Assembly: GCA_002869695.1 (NCBI GenBank)
Contig: PKUD01000123.1
Coordinates: forward strand, 30,540-62,539
Direction of reading: 5' to 3'
Length of the DNA: 32,000 bases
DNA from: Desulfuromonas sp.
GTDB taxonomy: Bacteria; Desulfobacterota; Desulfuromonadia; Desulfuromonadales; Geopsychrobacteraceae
The notes under the pieces are model-generated. The model did no database searches. It saw nothing but the letters and a program-made list of their open reading frames with translations, and had not been told where the DNA came from. A program made the translations under genes and the position numbers. Positions 1-8,792 of this stretch are shown one piece after another. Within the stretch, counting starts at the first letter, position 1. The number at the start of each line of letters is the position of its first letter.

Positions 1-84
1 ACGGACTACCTGGTCAAGCCTTTTGCGGACGAGGCGTTAATTGCTGTCGTCAGAAAACATCTGCTCCAGGGCGCGCCGCCCTAG
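1..84 (+). CDS. Response regulator receiver-domain protein, C-terminal fragment (5' end off-window)
   Basis: Frame 1 reads TDYLVKPFADEALIAVVRKHLLQGAPP then TAG at 82-84. DYLxKPF is the conserved late receiver-domain (CheY-like) signature. Confidence 0.6.
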   Translation, partial: TDYLVKPFADEALIAVVRKHLLQGAPP

Positions 85-97
85 GATGCAACTGGGA

Positions 98-1501
98 TCA
101 GCAGGAATTATCCTGCTCCGGGCCTGGCCGGGTGGCACTATCTGTCTGCGGGTTGGGGGTTCCCTGGTTCAAGGTGAATTGGGCCAGAGACGCAAGCAGA
201 TTGTTGGACATCATGTTCAACCCCTCTGAAATCTCAGAAGAATTACCGATGTGGACAGAGGTCTGCTGGCTGATGGTTGCCATCTTGTCGATCTCTCTTA
301 CCATTGTCGCTGAAATGGCCTGTTGCTCCTGCGACAGGGCGGTGATTTCCGTCATGACCTCGTTCGATTCCTGAATCGCATCCGCTACGGCAGTGAGTGC
401 TTCGCCGGTATTCTGGGCAATCTGGGTCTGTTCTTCGACGATACGTGTTTCCTCTTCCAGGACCGCAGCAACTTCTCCGGTCTCGGTCTGGATAGCTTTA
501 ATAATACCGTCGATCTGGCGGGTCGCACCGGAGGCTTCATCGGCAAGACGCTTGATCTCATCAGAAATGACCAGAAAGCCGCGCCCCTGTTCACCGGCTC
601 TGGCCGCCTCGATCGAGGCATTCATGGCAAGAATGGTCGTCCGTGTTGCAACTTCGGAGATCAGCTGGGAGATCGTGCCGATCTGCATCATCCGCTCGGA
701 AAGCATTTTCATTTTTTTGTTGATGACCTGAACCGTAGAGCGAATCAGCTGCATCCCGTCAATGTTACTGTTGACCCTGGCATTGCCGAGCGCTGTTGCG
801 TTATCGACCCTGGCCGAAACACCCTGAGCAAAGGCCGCTTTAGCGGCGATCTGTCTGGCTGACTCGGCGGTGGTATCGGCAGACTTGGTTGCTTCAGTGA
901 CATGCTGTAACTGAATCTCCGCATTCTGCTTGACCTGCTGGAAAATGGACAGCAGATTGCGTGATTCCCGTCCGACTTCAAGAGCATTATGGTTGGTGTC
1001 TCGTAGGAGTTCTGCCAGGCTCTCAACCATCAAATTATAGGCATCAGCAATTGAGCCGAAGGCATCCTCGGTGACCGGCGCCCTGACAGTCAGGTCGCCA
1101 TCAGATGCGTCGCTGACCACCTGCAGGAAATTAACGACATTCTCTTCGGTCTGCCTGCGCTGCTCATCTGTCTGGATCTGTTTTCTCATTCGGTCGAGGA
1201 ATTCATTCAAGGATTGAGTCAACCCGGCGAACTCTTGTGTTTCCGATGGAGGCAAGTGCGTAAGCCTGCCCTGGGTGAGCAGTTGGATGTCGTTTTTTAA
1301 TTTCCGTAAGGGGCTGTTTATCTGACGGCTTAATCTGGCTGCCAGCAGAAGACAGCAGGCAACGATGACCGCAATGATCAGCAACCCGACGCCCTTGTCA
1401 AACCGCTGGTATGCATAGCAACAAGCGCCACCCAGAAAAAGGGTGGTCATGCTGAAGAGTATCAGCAGATTGCGGAGGCGGGTGTTGTTATGGTTGTCCA
1501 T
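98..1501 (-). CDS. Methyl-accepting chemotaxis protein (two N-terminal TM helices, HAMP region, MCP signalling domain)
   Basis: 467-aa ORF. Signalling hairpin TRTTILAMNASIEAARAGEQGRGFLVISDEIKRLADE is the canonical MCP core. HAMP-like segment follows TM2. Only about 5 residues (RFDKG) lie between the two TM helices. Confidence 0.9.
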   Translation of the reverse strand: MDNHNNTRLRNLLILFSMTTLFLGGACCYAYQRFDKGVGLLIIAVIVACCLLLAARLSRQINSPLRKLKNDIQLLTQGRLTHLPPSETQEFAGLTQSLNEFLDRMRKQIQTDEQRRQTEENVVNFLQVVSDASDGDLTVRAPVTEDAFGSIADAYNLMVESLAELLRDTNHNALEVGRESRNLLSIFQQVKQNAEIQLQHVTEATKSADTTAESARQIAAKAAFAQGVSARVDNATALGNARVNSNIDGMQLIRSTVQVINKKMKMLSERMMQIGTISQLISEVATRTTILAMNASIEAARAGEQGRGFLVISDEIKRLADEASGATRQIDGIIKAIQTETGEVAAVLEEETRIVEEQTQIAQNTGEALTAVADAIQESNEVMTEITALSQEQQAISATMVREIDKMATISQQTSVHIGNSSEISEGLNMMSNNLLASLAQFTLNQGTPNPQTDSATRPGPEQDNSC

Positions 1502-1737
1502 GGGTAGTAAAAACGATCGATCGTCTGGTTAGAGGTGTTTTCAGCCGGGTACGATGAACCTGTGTATGGTAAAGAGAAATCCTCAAAACTTCAATAGATT
1601 ATCTGTCGGCACCGCTCACTGGTCTTCGCTGTGAGGGCTCTTGCGGTCGTGTGCGTTTTTATTTGCAAAACTCTCTCACCCGTGCTAGAAGAATTGCCCG
1701 GAAAAAAACCAATATGCCTTTTATATTAGAGGATTAT

Positions 1738-1814
<77 letters not shown>

Positions 1815-1833
1815 TTTTCACTTTTTTTAGATG

Positions 1834-1862
1834 TTGACAAGCACTGGTCATTTCCGTAACAT
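1834..1862 (+). promoter_or_regulatory. Sigma70-like promoter upstream of tRNA-His
   Basis: TTGACA (1834-1839), 17-nt spacer, TAACAT (1857-1862), about 14 nt before the tRNA 5' end. Confidence 0.4.
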
Positions 1863-1876
1863 GGCCAAACTTTTTT

Positions 1877-1953
1877 GGTGGGTGTAGCTCAGTCGGTAGA
1901 GCACTGGATTGTGGCTCCAGTTGTCGAGGGTTCAAGCCCCTTCATCCACCCCA
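1877..1953 (+). tRNA. tRNA-His (anticodon GTG), with encoded G-1
   Basis: Extra 5' G (1877) opposite discriminator C, acceptor GTGGGTG/CATCCAC, anticodon stem CTGGA/TCCAG with loop TTGTGGC, T loop TTCAAGC, encoded CCA. Confidence 0.9.
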
Positions 1954-2089
1954 TTTTCTAATTATGCTCACCTTTCACTTCAGGTGCCGGTCAACAGCGA
2001 CCGGTGGGAATGGAAGGTGGGCTTTGTTCATTTAAACAGATCTTTTTATCTTTATCAGCCTGGCATCTCTGTAATAAGGATTGATTCAA

Positions 2090-2174
2090 GCGAGAGTGGC
2101 GGAATTGGTAGACGCGCCAGATTTAGGATCTGGTGTCTTGCGGCGTGGGGGTTCGAGTCCCCCCTCTCGCACCA
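2090..2174 (+). tRNA. tRNA-Leu (anticodon TAG), long variable arm
   Basis: Acceptor GCGAGAG/CTCTCGC, anticodon stem CCAGA/TCTGG with loop TTTAGGA, long variable arm, T arm GGGGG-TTCGAGT-CCCCC, encoded CCA. Confidence 0.9.
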
Positions 2175-2237
2175 TTGAAACCTTTCGAACAGAGATATCT
2201 ACACGGGGTTGAACAAAACTTGAGGAAGGAAGAATTG

Positions 2238-3554
2238 ATGAGTGTTTCCGTCGAGGAACTGAGTCCGATCAGGAAGAAGCTGGTAATAGAAGTTGCTGCG
2301 GACCAGGTTACTGAAAAGATTGAACAGGCCTATGCGAAGATTGCTAAGACCGCCGACCTGAAAGGGTTCCGTAAAGGGAAGGTGCCCCGCGCAATGCTGG
2401 AGAAGCATTATGCGCCAAGGATGGAGCAGGATGTTGCCGGTTCATTGATCAATGAGACTCTCTATCGGGCTTTGCTTGACAATGAAATTGTCGCTGTTGC
2501 CCAGCCTGAAGTCGTTGAGAGCGGCCAGGTGGAAAAAGGGAAGGCTTTTACCTACCTGGCCGAGGTTGAAGTCAAGCCTGAGATTGTTGTGAAGGACTAT
2601 ACCGGCATTGAACTGGACAGGGAAATTTTGCAGTTCAACGATGAATCAGTGCAGCAGCGTCTCGAGGAGATGGCTGCCTCGCGAGCCCAACTGGAAGTCT
2701 CCAGCCGTAAAAAGACCCGTGAAGGGGACACCGTCATCATTGACTTCGAGGGCTTTATCGACGACACACCGTTTGAGAACGGCGCAGCGAAGGATTACCA
2801 ACTCGAACTCGGCTCCAACAGTTTTATACCGGGTTTTGAGGAACAGTTGATCGGTCTCAAGCGTGAAGATGAGAAGAGCGTAGAGGTCAGTTTCCCAGAA
2901 AATTATGGCTCCAAGGAACTGGCCGGAAAGCCAGCAACTTTCAAGGTGCTGGTCAAGGAAATCAAAGAAAAGGTAGAACCGAAACTGAACAAGGACTTTG
3001 CCGGTGAATTCGGTTGTGAGACCATTGATGAACTGCGTGATAAACTGAAGGACGATATGGTCAAACAGGAAACCGCCCGGATTGACAACCAGGTGCAGGA
3101 AGCGCTAATGAATGCTTTGGTTGAGAACAATCCGATGGAGGTTCCGGACGGAATGGTCCAGAACCAGTTGCTGCACCTCAAGGATTCTTTTACCAGTCGG
3201 CTCAAGGCACAGGGCATGAGCCTGGAAATGCTGGGGATGAATGACGAAACATTCTCTTCAACCTACTACCCGATGGCTGAGCAGCAGGTCAAGGGGGAAC
3301 TGATTCTCGAAGCGATCGCCAAGCGGGAAAGCATCACGACCGAGGATTCGGAAATCGATGAAAAAATCAAGCAGATTGCCGAAGAGGCGAATGCACCTCT
3401 GGACAATGTCCAGGAATATTTCAAAAAACCGGAGATGCGCCAAGGGCTGGAGCATCAGGTTCAGCATGACAAGGTTATTTCCTTTCTGATTGATCAATCA
3501 GTCGTGACTGAAGTCGAGCCCAAACAAGAAGATGCTGCTGAGAAGGAGTCCTAA
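2238..3554 (+). CDS. tig: Trigger factor (ribosome-associated peptidyl-prolyl isomerase chaperone)
   Basis: 438 aa starting MSVSVEELSPIRKKLVIEV with GAGGAAGGA Shine-Dalgarno upstream. FKBP-like middle domain (FEGFIDDTPFENG..FIPGFEEQLIGL). The track ORF start at 2133 overlaps tRNA-Leu and is rejected. Synteny with clpP-clpX-lon. Confidence 0.95.
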   Translation: MSVSVEELSPIRKKLVIEVAADQVTEKIEQAYAKIAKTADLKGFRKGKVPRAMLEKHYAPRMEQDVAGSLINETLYRALLDNEIVAVAQPEVVESGQVEKGKAFTYLAEVEVKPEIVVKDYTGIELDREILQFNDESVQQRLEEMAASRAQLEVSSRKKTREGDTVIIDFEGFIDDTPFENGAAKDYQLELGSNSFIPGFEEQLIGLKREDEKSVEVSFPENYGSKELAGKPATFKVLVKEIKEKVEPKLNKDFAGEFGCETIDELRDKLKDDMVKQETARIDNQVQEALMNALVENNPMEVPDGMVQNQLLHLKDSFTSRLKAQGMSLEMLGMNDETFSSTYYPMAEQQVKGELILEAIAKRESITTEDSEIDEKIKQIAEEANAPLDNVQEYFKKPEMRQGLEHQVQHDKVISFLIDQSVVTEVEPKQEDAAEKES

Positions 3555-3557
3555 CTG

Positions 3558-4142
3558 ATGAGTCTGGTCCCGATGGTCGTAGAGGATACTGGTCGAGGTG
3601 AACGCGCTTATGATATTTACTCGAGGCTTCTTAAGGACCGGATTATTTTCCTCGGGGGAGCCATAGAAGATCATATGGCAAACCTGATTATCGCCCAGTT
3701 GCTCTTCCTTGAGTCTGAGGATCCTGATCGCGACATCCACCTCTATATCAACTCACCTGGTGGTGCTGTGACTGCCGGTATGGCGATCTATGATACGATG
3801 CAGTACCTCAAGGCTCCGGTGTCGACCATCTGCGTCGGCCAGGCGGCGAGTATGGGGGCACTGCTGCTGGCAGCTGGAGCGCCGGAAAAACGTTTTGCGC
3901 TTCCGCACGCACGGGTCATGATCCATCAGCCGTTGGGTGGTTTTCAGGGTCAGGCATCCGATATCAGTATTCACGCCAAGGAAATTCTCAGGATGCGTAG
4001 CAGCCTGAATAACATTCTTGCCAGTCACACGGGACAGGAGTTGAGCCGGATTGAGGCGGATACCGAGCGGGATTTCTTCATGGATAGCGAAGCGGCCCGG
4101 GGTTATGGTATTATTGATTCGATTGTGCAACGAAAAGTCTGA
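3558..4142 (+). CDS. clpP: ATP-dependent Clp protease proteolytic subunit ClpP
   Basis: 194 aa. [19 protein letters not shown]-terminus, active-site Ser context [11 protein letters not shown], His context MIHQPLGG. Confidence 0.97.
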   Translation: MSLVPMVVEDTGRGERAYDIYSRLLKDRIIFLGGAIEDHMANLIIAQLLFLESEDPDRDIHLYINSPGGAVTAGMAIYDTMQYLKAPVSTICVGQAASMGALLLAAGAPEKRFALPHARVMIHQPLGGFQGQASDISIHAKEILRMRSSLNNILASHTGQELSRIEADTERDFFMDSEAARGYGIIDSIVQRKV

Positions 4143-4166
4143 GTCAAAAAGCCGGAGGTGTAATAG

Positions 4167-5417
4167 GTGAGTTCCAAGGACGATCAATCTGGACAACTGA
4201 CATGTTCATTTTGTGGAAAACCACAGGATGAAGTGAAAAAACTGATTGCAGGGCCCACAGTCTATATCTGTGACGAGTGCATTGAACTGTGCAACGATAT
4301 CATTGACGAGGAGTCCCGACTCGATCAGGCGGCAGAGCAGGATATCGAAAAACTGCCCAAACCGATTGAGATAAAAGAGATTCTTGATGAGTATGTGGTT
4401 GGTCAGGAACAAGCCAAGAAGGTCCTTTCGGTGGCTGTCTATAACCACTATAAGCGGGTTGAATTTTCTGAAAAGAATGACGATGTAGAAATTCAGAAGA
4501 GTAATATTCTGCTACTTGGTCCTACTGGCAGTGGAAAAACCCTGCTGGCTCAAACCTTGGCCAAGGTTCTCAATGTTCCCTTTGCTATTGCTGATGCGAC
4601 CAATCTGACTGAAGCGGGATATGTCGGTGAGGATGTTGAAAATATCATTCTCAACCTGCTGCAGTCGGCTGACTATGACCTTGAGCGTGCTCAGCGCGGA
4701 ATTATCTATATTGATGAGGTTGACAAGATTGCCCGCAAATCGGAATCGCCGTCAATCACCCGCGATGTTTCAGGTGAAGGGGTGCAGCAGGCGCTGCTTA
4801 AGATTATAGAGGGGACGACCGCCAGTGTTCCTCCGAAAGGTGGAAGAAAGCATCCCCAACAGGAGTTTCTCAAGGTAGATACGACAAACATCCTGTTTAT
4901 CTGCGGTGGCGCCTTCTCTGGATTGGAAAAGGTGATCGGCAATCGAATCGGAGCCAAGAGCATGGGGTTTGGTGCAGAGGTTCGCTCGCCCAATAAAGAG
5001 GCCTTGGGAACCCTGCTCGCCAAAACCCAGCCAGGTGATTTGTTGAAATATGGCCTGATTCCTGAGTTTGTCGGTCGCTTGCCGATTATTGCGACCCTCA
5101 ACGAACTGGACGAAGATGCCCTTATTCAGATTTTGCGCGAACCCAAAAACGCGTTGGTAAAGCAGTATCAGCGGCTTTTCGATATGGAAAACGTCAAACT
5201 CAAATTTACTGATGGAGCCCTGGTTGCTATCGCCCGCGAAGCATTGGAACGGAAGACAGGTGCCAGGGGACTGCGATCGATTCTGGAAAACTCCATGCTC
5301 GATGTGATGTTCGATATCCCATCACAGGACCGCGTCAAAGAAGTTGTCCTAAATGAAGATGTTATCAGCAAGGGCGTCAAACCGATTGTTCTTTACGATG
5401 TTGCGGAGAGTGCCTGA
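4167..5417 (+). CDS. clpX: ATP-dependent Clp protease ATP-binding subunit ClpX
   Basis: GTG start with GGAGG 8 nt upstream. N-terminal zinc ribbon [14 protein letters not shown], Walker [17 protein letters not shown] Walker B. Confidence 0.97.
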   Translation: MSSKDDQSGQLTCSFCGKPQDEVKKLIAGPTVYICDECIELCNDIIDEESRLDQAAEQDIEKLPKPIEIKEILDEYVVGQEQAKKVLSVAVYNHYKRVEFSEKNDDVEIQKSNILLLGPTGSGKTLLAQTLAKVLNVPFAIADATNLTEAGYVGEDVENIILNLLQSADYDLERAQRGIIYIDEVDKIARKSESPSITRDVSGEGVQQALLKIIEGTTASVPPKGGRKHPQQEFLKVDTTNILFICGGAFSGLEKVIGNRIGAKSMGFGAEVRSPNKEALGTLLAKTQPGDLLKYGLIPEFVGRLPIIATLNELDEDALIQILREPKNALVKQYQRLFDMENVKLKFTDGALVAIAREALERKTGARGLRSILENSMLDVMFDIPSQDRVKEVVLNEDVISKGVKPIVLYDVAESA

Positions 5418-5448
5418 AAATAAAGACGGGCTCTCTGTTAATTGAATG

Positions 5449-5486
5449 AAGCGCGGATTCGTCATTGTTGATTCCGCGCTTTTTTA
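5449..5486 (+). terminator. Intrinsic terminator-like hairpin after clpX
   Basis: GC-rich stem GCGCGGA (5451-5457) / TCCGCGC (5473-5479) followed by TTTTTT. Confidence 0.5.
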
Positions 5487-5501
5487 CCATCAGGTGTATA
5501 T

Positions 5502-7886
5502 ATGAGCGAAGAAACGACTGTACTGACAGATATCCTGGAAAATGCTAGCTATCCACTTTTGCCGCTCAGGGATATTGTGATTTTCCCTCATATGGTGGCT
5601 CCGCTGTTTGTCGGCAGACCTCAGTCGATTGGTGCTCTGGAGCAGGCCACCAGCCGCAATAATCGGATTTTTCTCGCAGCGCAGATAGATCCCAAGACTG
5701 ATGAGCCGACCCAGCAGGATCTCTACCCGATCGGTACAATCGGTCATATCGTGCAGATGCTCAAATTGCCAGATGGTACAGTCAAGGTTTTGATAGAAGG
5801 CAAGCAGCGGGCCAAAATCACCTCTTTTACCGCCGGGCAGGATCTGATACAGGTTGGCGTAGAGCCTCTTCAGGAGAGTGAAGAGCTGTCTCCGGAGATT
5901 GAAGCGGTGATGCGCGCCGTGCACGGCACATTTGAAACCTACGTAGGGCTGAGTAAGAAAATCCCATCAGAAGTCAGTTCCTCTGTGTCCGGCATTGAGG
6001 ATCCTTCTCGGCTGGCGGATACGGTTGCCGGTCATCTTCAGGTTCCAATTGCAGAAAAACAGGAAATCCTCGCCCAGGTTCATCCCTTGACTCGCCTGGA
6101 GCAATTGCTGAGCCTCTTGGAGCAAGAGGTGGAAATCCTGCAGATTGAAACCAGGATTCGCAGCAGGGTCAAAAGTCAGATGGAGCGCAGTCAGAAGGAA
6201 TATTATCTGAATGAACAGATGCGCGCGATCCAGAAAGAGTTGGGCGAGAAGGATGAGTTCAAGCAGGAGTTGCTTGAATTTGAGGAGCAGATCAAACAGA
6301 AAAAAATGTCACAAGAGGCCACTGACAAAGCGCTCGCTGAACTGCGTAAGTTGAAGATGATGTCACCGATGTCTGCGGAGGCCTCGGTCGTCCGTAACTA
6401 TATCGAGTGGCTTCTGTCGCTGCCCTGGCGGAAGGGAACCCGGGACAGCCATGATCTGGAACGGGCAGAGCGGATTCTTGATACTGACCACTATGGTTTG
6501 GCAAAAGTCAAAGAGCGGGTTCTCGAGTACCTGGCCGTTCAGGCATTAGTAAAACGAAACAAGGGACCGATCCTGTGTCTGGTTGGACCTCCCGGCGTTG
6601 GGAAGACTTCGTTGGGACAATCCATTGCCAAGGCACTGGGTCGTAAGTTCGTACGAATATCCCTGGGTGGCGTTCGTGATGAAGCTGAAATACGCGGTCA
6701 CAGGAGGACCTATATCGGTGCCATGCCGGGCAAGATCATTCAGAGCCTGCGCAAAAGCGGAGTGAAAAACCCGGTCTTCATGCTTGATGAGATCGATAAG
6801 ATGAGCATGGATTTCAGGGGGGATCCCTCCTCCGCGCTGCTGGAAGTCCTTGATCCTGAGCAAAACCACAATTTCGGTGACCACTTCCTGGACATCGACT
6901 ACGATCTTTCTCAGGTTCTTTTTATCGCGACAGCCAATAACCTTCATGCAATCCCCAGACCTCTGCACGACCGCCTTGAAGTCATTCGTATCGAAGGCTA
7001 TTCAGAAGAAGAAAAACTGCATATAGCCAGGAATTACCTGCTGGCCAAGCAGGCTCAAGCACACGGCATGGAGTTGTCACGGGTTCGTTTCTCCGATAAT
7101 GCAATCTACGAATTGGTGCGACGTTACACGCGGGAGTCTGGAGTTCGGTCTCTCGATAGAAGTATCGCCAGTATTTTTCGTAAATTGGCCCGTAAATCAT
7201 TGAAGCAGAGTCGCGAAAAGAATTTTGTTGTTAGTGAAAGCCAGGTGCGCAAGTATCTTGGCGTTCCCCTCTATGAATATGGTGTCCGCGAGGATGTTGA
7301 CCAGGTCGGGCTTGCGACAGGTCTGGCTTGGACGGAAACAGGAGGGGAACTCCTCAGTATTGAAGTGACAACCTTGCCCGGAAAAGGGAACCTGACAGTG
7401 ACCGGAAAGCTGGGGGAGGTCATGCAGGAATCTGCAAGGGCCGCTTTGAGCTATGTGCGTTCCCGTTGGCAGAAACTAGGCCTGGATGAGGATTTTTACT
7501 CGCACCTGGATATCCATATCCATGTCCCTGAAGGTGCGGTGCCAAAAGATGGTCCCTCTGCAGGGATTACGATGGCGACGGCGCTTGCCTCCGCATTGAC
7601 CGGCCGACCCGTGAACAAGCAGCTGGCGATGACCGGCGAGGTTACCCTGCGTGGGCGGGTGCTGGCGATTGGTGGACTGAAGGAAAAGCTGCTTGCCGCC
7701 CGTCGCGGTGGGATTGGTAAGATACTGATTCCGAAAGAGAATCAAAAGCATCTTCAGGACCTGCCAAAGGAACTTAAAGCGTCTCTTGATCTTGTTGTGG
7801 TTGATCATATGGACCAGGTTCTTGCGGAAGCCCTTCTTGATGAGCAGGGCAAACAAAAATCTCAAGAAACGAAAACGGACAATTAG
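5502..7886 (+). CDS. lon: ATP-dependent Lon protease (LonA)
   Basis: 794 aa. LON N-domain, Walker [10 protein letters not shown], protease Ser motif PKDGPSAGI. Confidence 0.97.
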   Translation: MSEETTVLTDILENASYPLLPLRDIVIFPHMVAPLFVGRPQSIGALEQATSRNNRIFLAAQIDPKTDEPTQQDLYPIGTIGHIVQMLKLPDGTVKVLIEGKQRAKITSFTAGQDLIQVGVEPLQESEELSPEIEAVMRAVHGTFETYVGLSKKIPSEVSSSVSGIEDPSRLADTVAGHLQVPIAEKQEILAQVHPLTRLEQLLSLLEQEVEILQIETRIRSRVKSQMERSQKEYYLNEQMRAIQKELGEKDEFKQELLEFEEQIKQKKMSQEATDKALAELRKLKMMSPMSAEASVVRNYIEWLLSLPWRKGTRDSHDLERAERILDTDHYGLAKVKERVLEYLAVQALVKRNKGPILCLVGPPGVGKTSLGQSIAKALGRKFVRISLGGVRDEAEIRGHRRTYIGAMPGKIIQSLRKSGVKNPVFMLDEIDKMSMDFRGDPSSALLEVLDPEQNHNFGDHFLDIDYDLSQVLFIATANNLHAIPRPLHDRLEVIRIEGYSEEEKLHIARNYLLAKQAQAHGMELSRVRFSDNAIYELVRRYTRESGVRSLDRSIASIFRKLARKSLKQSREKNFVVSESQVRKYLGVPLYEYGVREDVDQVGLATGLAWTETGGELLSIEVTTLPGKGNLTVTGKLGEVMQESARAALSYVRSRWQKLGLDEDFYSHLDIHIHVPEGAVPKDGPSAGITMATALASALTGRPVNKQLAMTGEVTLRGRVLAIGGLKEKLLAARRGGIGKILIPKENQKHLQDLPKELKASLDLVVVDHMDQVLAEALLDEQGKQKSQETKTDN

Positions 7887-7931
7887 ATACTTCAAAATAT
7901 CGTTGAGGCCGCAAAAATGGGGAGAATTCTC

Positions 7932-7961
7932 TTGACAGTATTTTTGCAAACCTGATATATC
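7932..7961 (+). promoter_or_regulatory. Sigma70-like promoter upstream of hupB
   Basis: TTGACA (7932-7937), about 17-nt spacer, ATATAT/TATATC at 7955-7961. Confidence 0.4.
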
Positions 7962-8012
7962 TATCGCGATTTTGACACTCTAACTAACTACAATTCTTTC
8001 AGGAGGTGTGCT

Positions 8013-8285
8013 GTGACTAAAGCAGATTTGGTCAATGCAATGGCGGAGAAGGCAGGACTGAGCAAGGCAGACGCCGAGGGGGCGCTGAAAGCTTTCGCTG
8101 AGGCCGTTACTGATGCTCTTAAAGCAGGTGAGAAAGTTGCCCTGGTTGGCTTTGGAACCTTCAGCGTAGGTGAGCGTGCTGCTCGTACCGGTCAGAATCC
8201 TCAGACTGGTGAGAAAATTCAGATTGCTGCAGCAAAGGTTCCCAAATTCAAAGCTGGTAAAGCTCTGAAAGACGCTGTTAACTAA
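8013..8285 (+). CDS. hupB: DNA-binding protein HU
   Basis: 90 aa, GTG start after [58 protein letters not shown] is a typical HU sequence. Position after lon as in E. coli. Confidence 0.95.
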   Translation: MTKADLVNAMAEKAGLSKADAEGALKAFAEAVTDALKAGEKVALVGFGTFSVGERAARTGQNPQTGEKIQIAAAKVPKFKAGKALKDAVN

Positions 8286-8313
8286 GTTAATCTCGTCATA
8301 GAAAAAACTGAAA

Positions 8314-8380
8314 AATAGGAAGCAGAATTACTGCCCTAAGGACCCTCATACCGGGCACTATTCTACTTCCTATTTTCTTC
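8314..8380 (+). terminator. Long imperfect hairpin plus T-rich tail after hupB (possible terminator)
   Basis: AATAGGAAGCAGAAT (8314-8328) pairs with ATTCTACTTCCTATT (8360-8374) with one mismatch, followed by TTCTTC. The large loop makes this tentative. Confidence 0.35.
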
Positions 8381-8383
8381 TGC

Positions 8384-8460
8384 GGGGCTGTAGTAGAGTC
8401 GGTTACAACGCCGGCCTGTCACGCCGGAGGTCGCGGGTTCAAGTCCCGTCAGCCCCGCCA
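8384..8460 (+). tRNA. tRNA-Asp (anticodon GTC), copy 1
   Basis: Acceptor GGGGCTG/CAGCCCC, anticodon stem CCGGC/GCCGG with loop CTGTCAC, T arm GCGGG-TTCAAGT-CCCGT, encoded CCA. Confidence 0.9.
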
Positions 8461-8468
8461 TTTTATCT

Positions 8469-8544
8469 GGGCGAATAGCTCAGCCGGGAGAGCGCCTGCC
8501 TTACAAGCAGGATGTCGGGGGTTCGAGCCCCTCTTCGCCCACCA
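8469..8544 (+). tRNA. tRNA-Val (anticodon TAC)
   Basis: Acceptor GGGCGAA/TTCGCCC, D arm GCTC..GAGC, anticodon stem CCTGC/GCAGG with loop CTTACAA, encoded CCA. Confidence 0.9.
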
Positions 8545-8571
8545 GAAAATACCATGTAGGCTTTGTTCCAT

Positions 8572-8648
8572 GGGGCTGTAGTAGAGTCGGTTACAACGCC
8601 GGCCTGTCACGCCGGAGGTCGCGGGTTCAAGTCCCGTCAGCCCCGCCA
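8572..8648 (+). tRNA. tRNA-Asp (anticodon GTC), copy 2
   Basis: Read by eye as the same 77-nt sequence as 8384-8460. Confidence 0.9.
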
Positions 8649-8653
8649 TTATT

Positions 8654-8690
8654 AGGAGGTAACTTAACAAGTTACCTCCTTTTCTGTTTG
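8654..8690 (+). terminator. Intrinsic terminator of the tRNA cluster
   Basis: Perfect 12-bp stem AGGAGGTAACTT (8654-8665) / AAGTTACCTCCT (8669-8680), 3-nt loop, then TTTTCTGTTTG. Confidence 0.75.
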
Positions 8691-8753
8691 TATAAGAAAA
8701 GAGTGTTTTTTGAAGCTGCTGCTTTTTTTGTGAAAGAGACATTACACATACAG

Positions 8754-8786
8754 GGCAGCCCATAGAATATGGGCTGCCTTTTTTGT
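8754..8786. terminator. Intrinsic terminator hairpin, possibly bidirectional (between the tRNA cluster and the convergent permease gene)
   Basis: 11-bp stem GGCAGCCCATA / TATGGGCTGCC with GAA loop. A TTTTTT run follows on the + strand. It lies 7 nt beyond the TAG stop (8793-8795) of the minus-strand permease. Confidence 0.6.
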
Positions 8787-8792
8787 GCGTGG

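Noticed and set aside
2133-2237. 35-codon N-terminal extension of tig, plus the ORFs at 1726-1935(-), 1909-2178(+) and 8449-8838(-)
   Set aside because: These frames read across tRNA genes (Arg, His, Leu, Asp, Val). tRNA cloverleaves explain the sequence, and tig has a good SD at the 2238 start.
2238-8285. tig-clpP-clpX-lon-hupB block as a possible island or unusual cluster
   Set aside because: This gene order is widely conserved among housekeeping genes in proteobacteria, including E. coli. Nothing about it is unusual.
8691-8753. About 60-nt spacer between two strong terminators, considered as a possible small RNA
   Set aside because: There is no promoter-like element in the spacer. The second hairpin is adequately explained as the terminator shared with the convergent permease gene.
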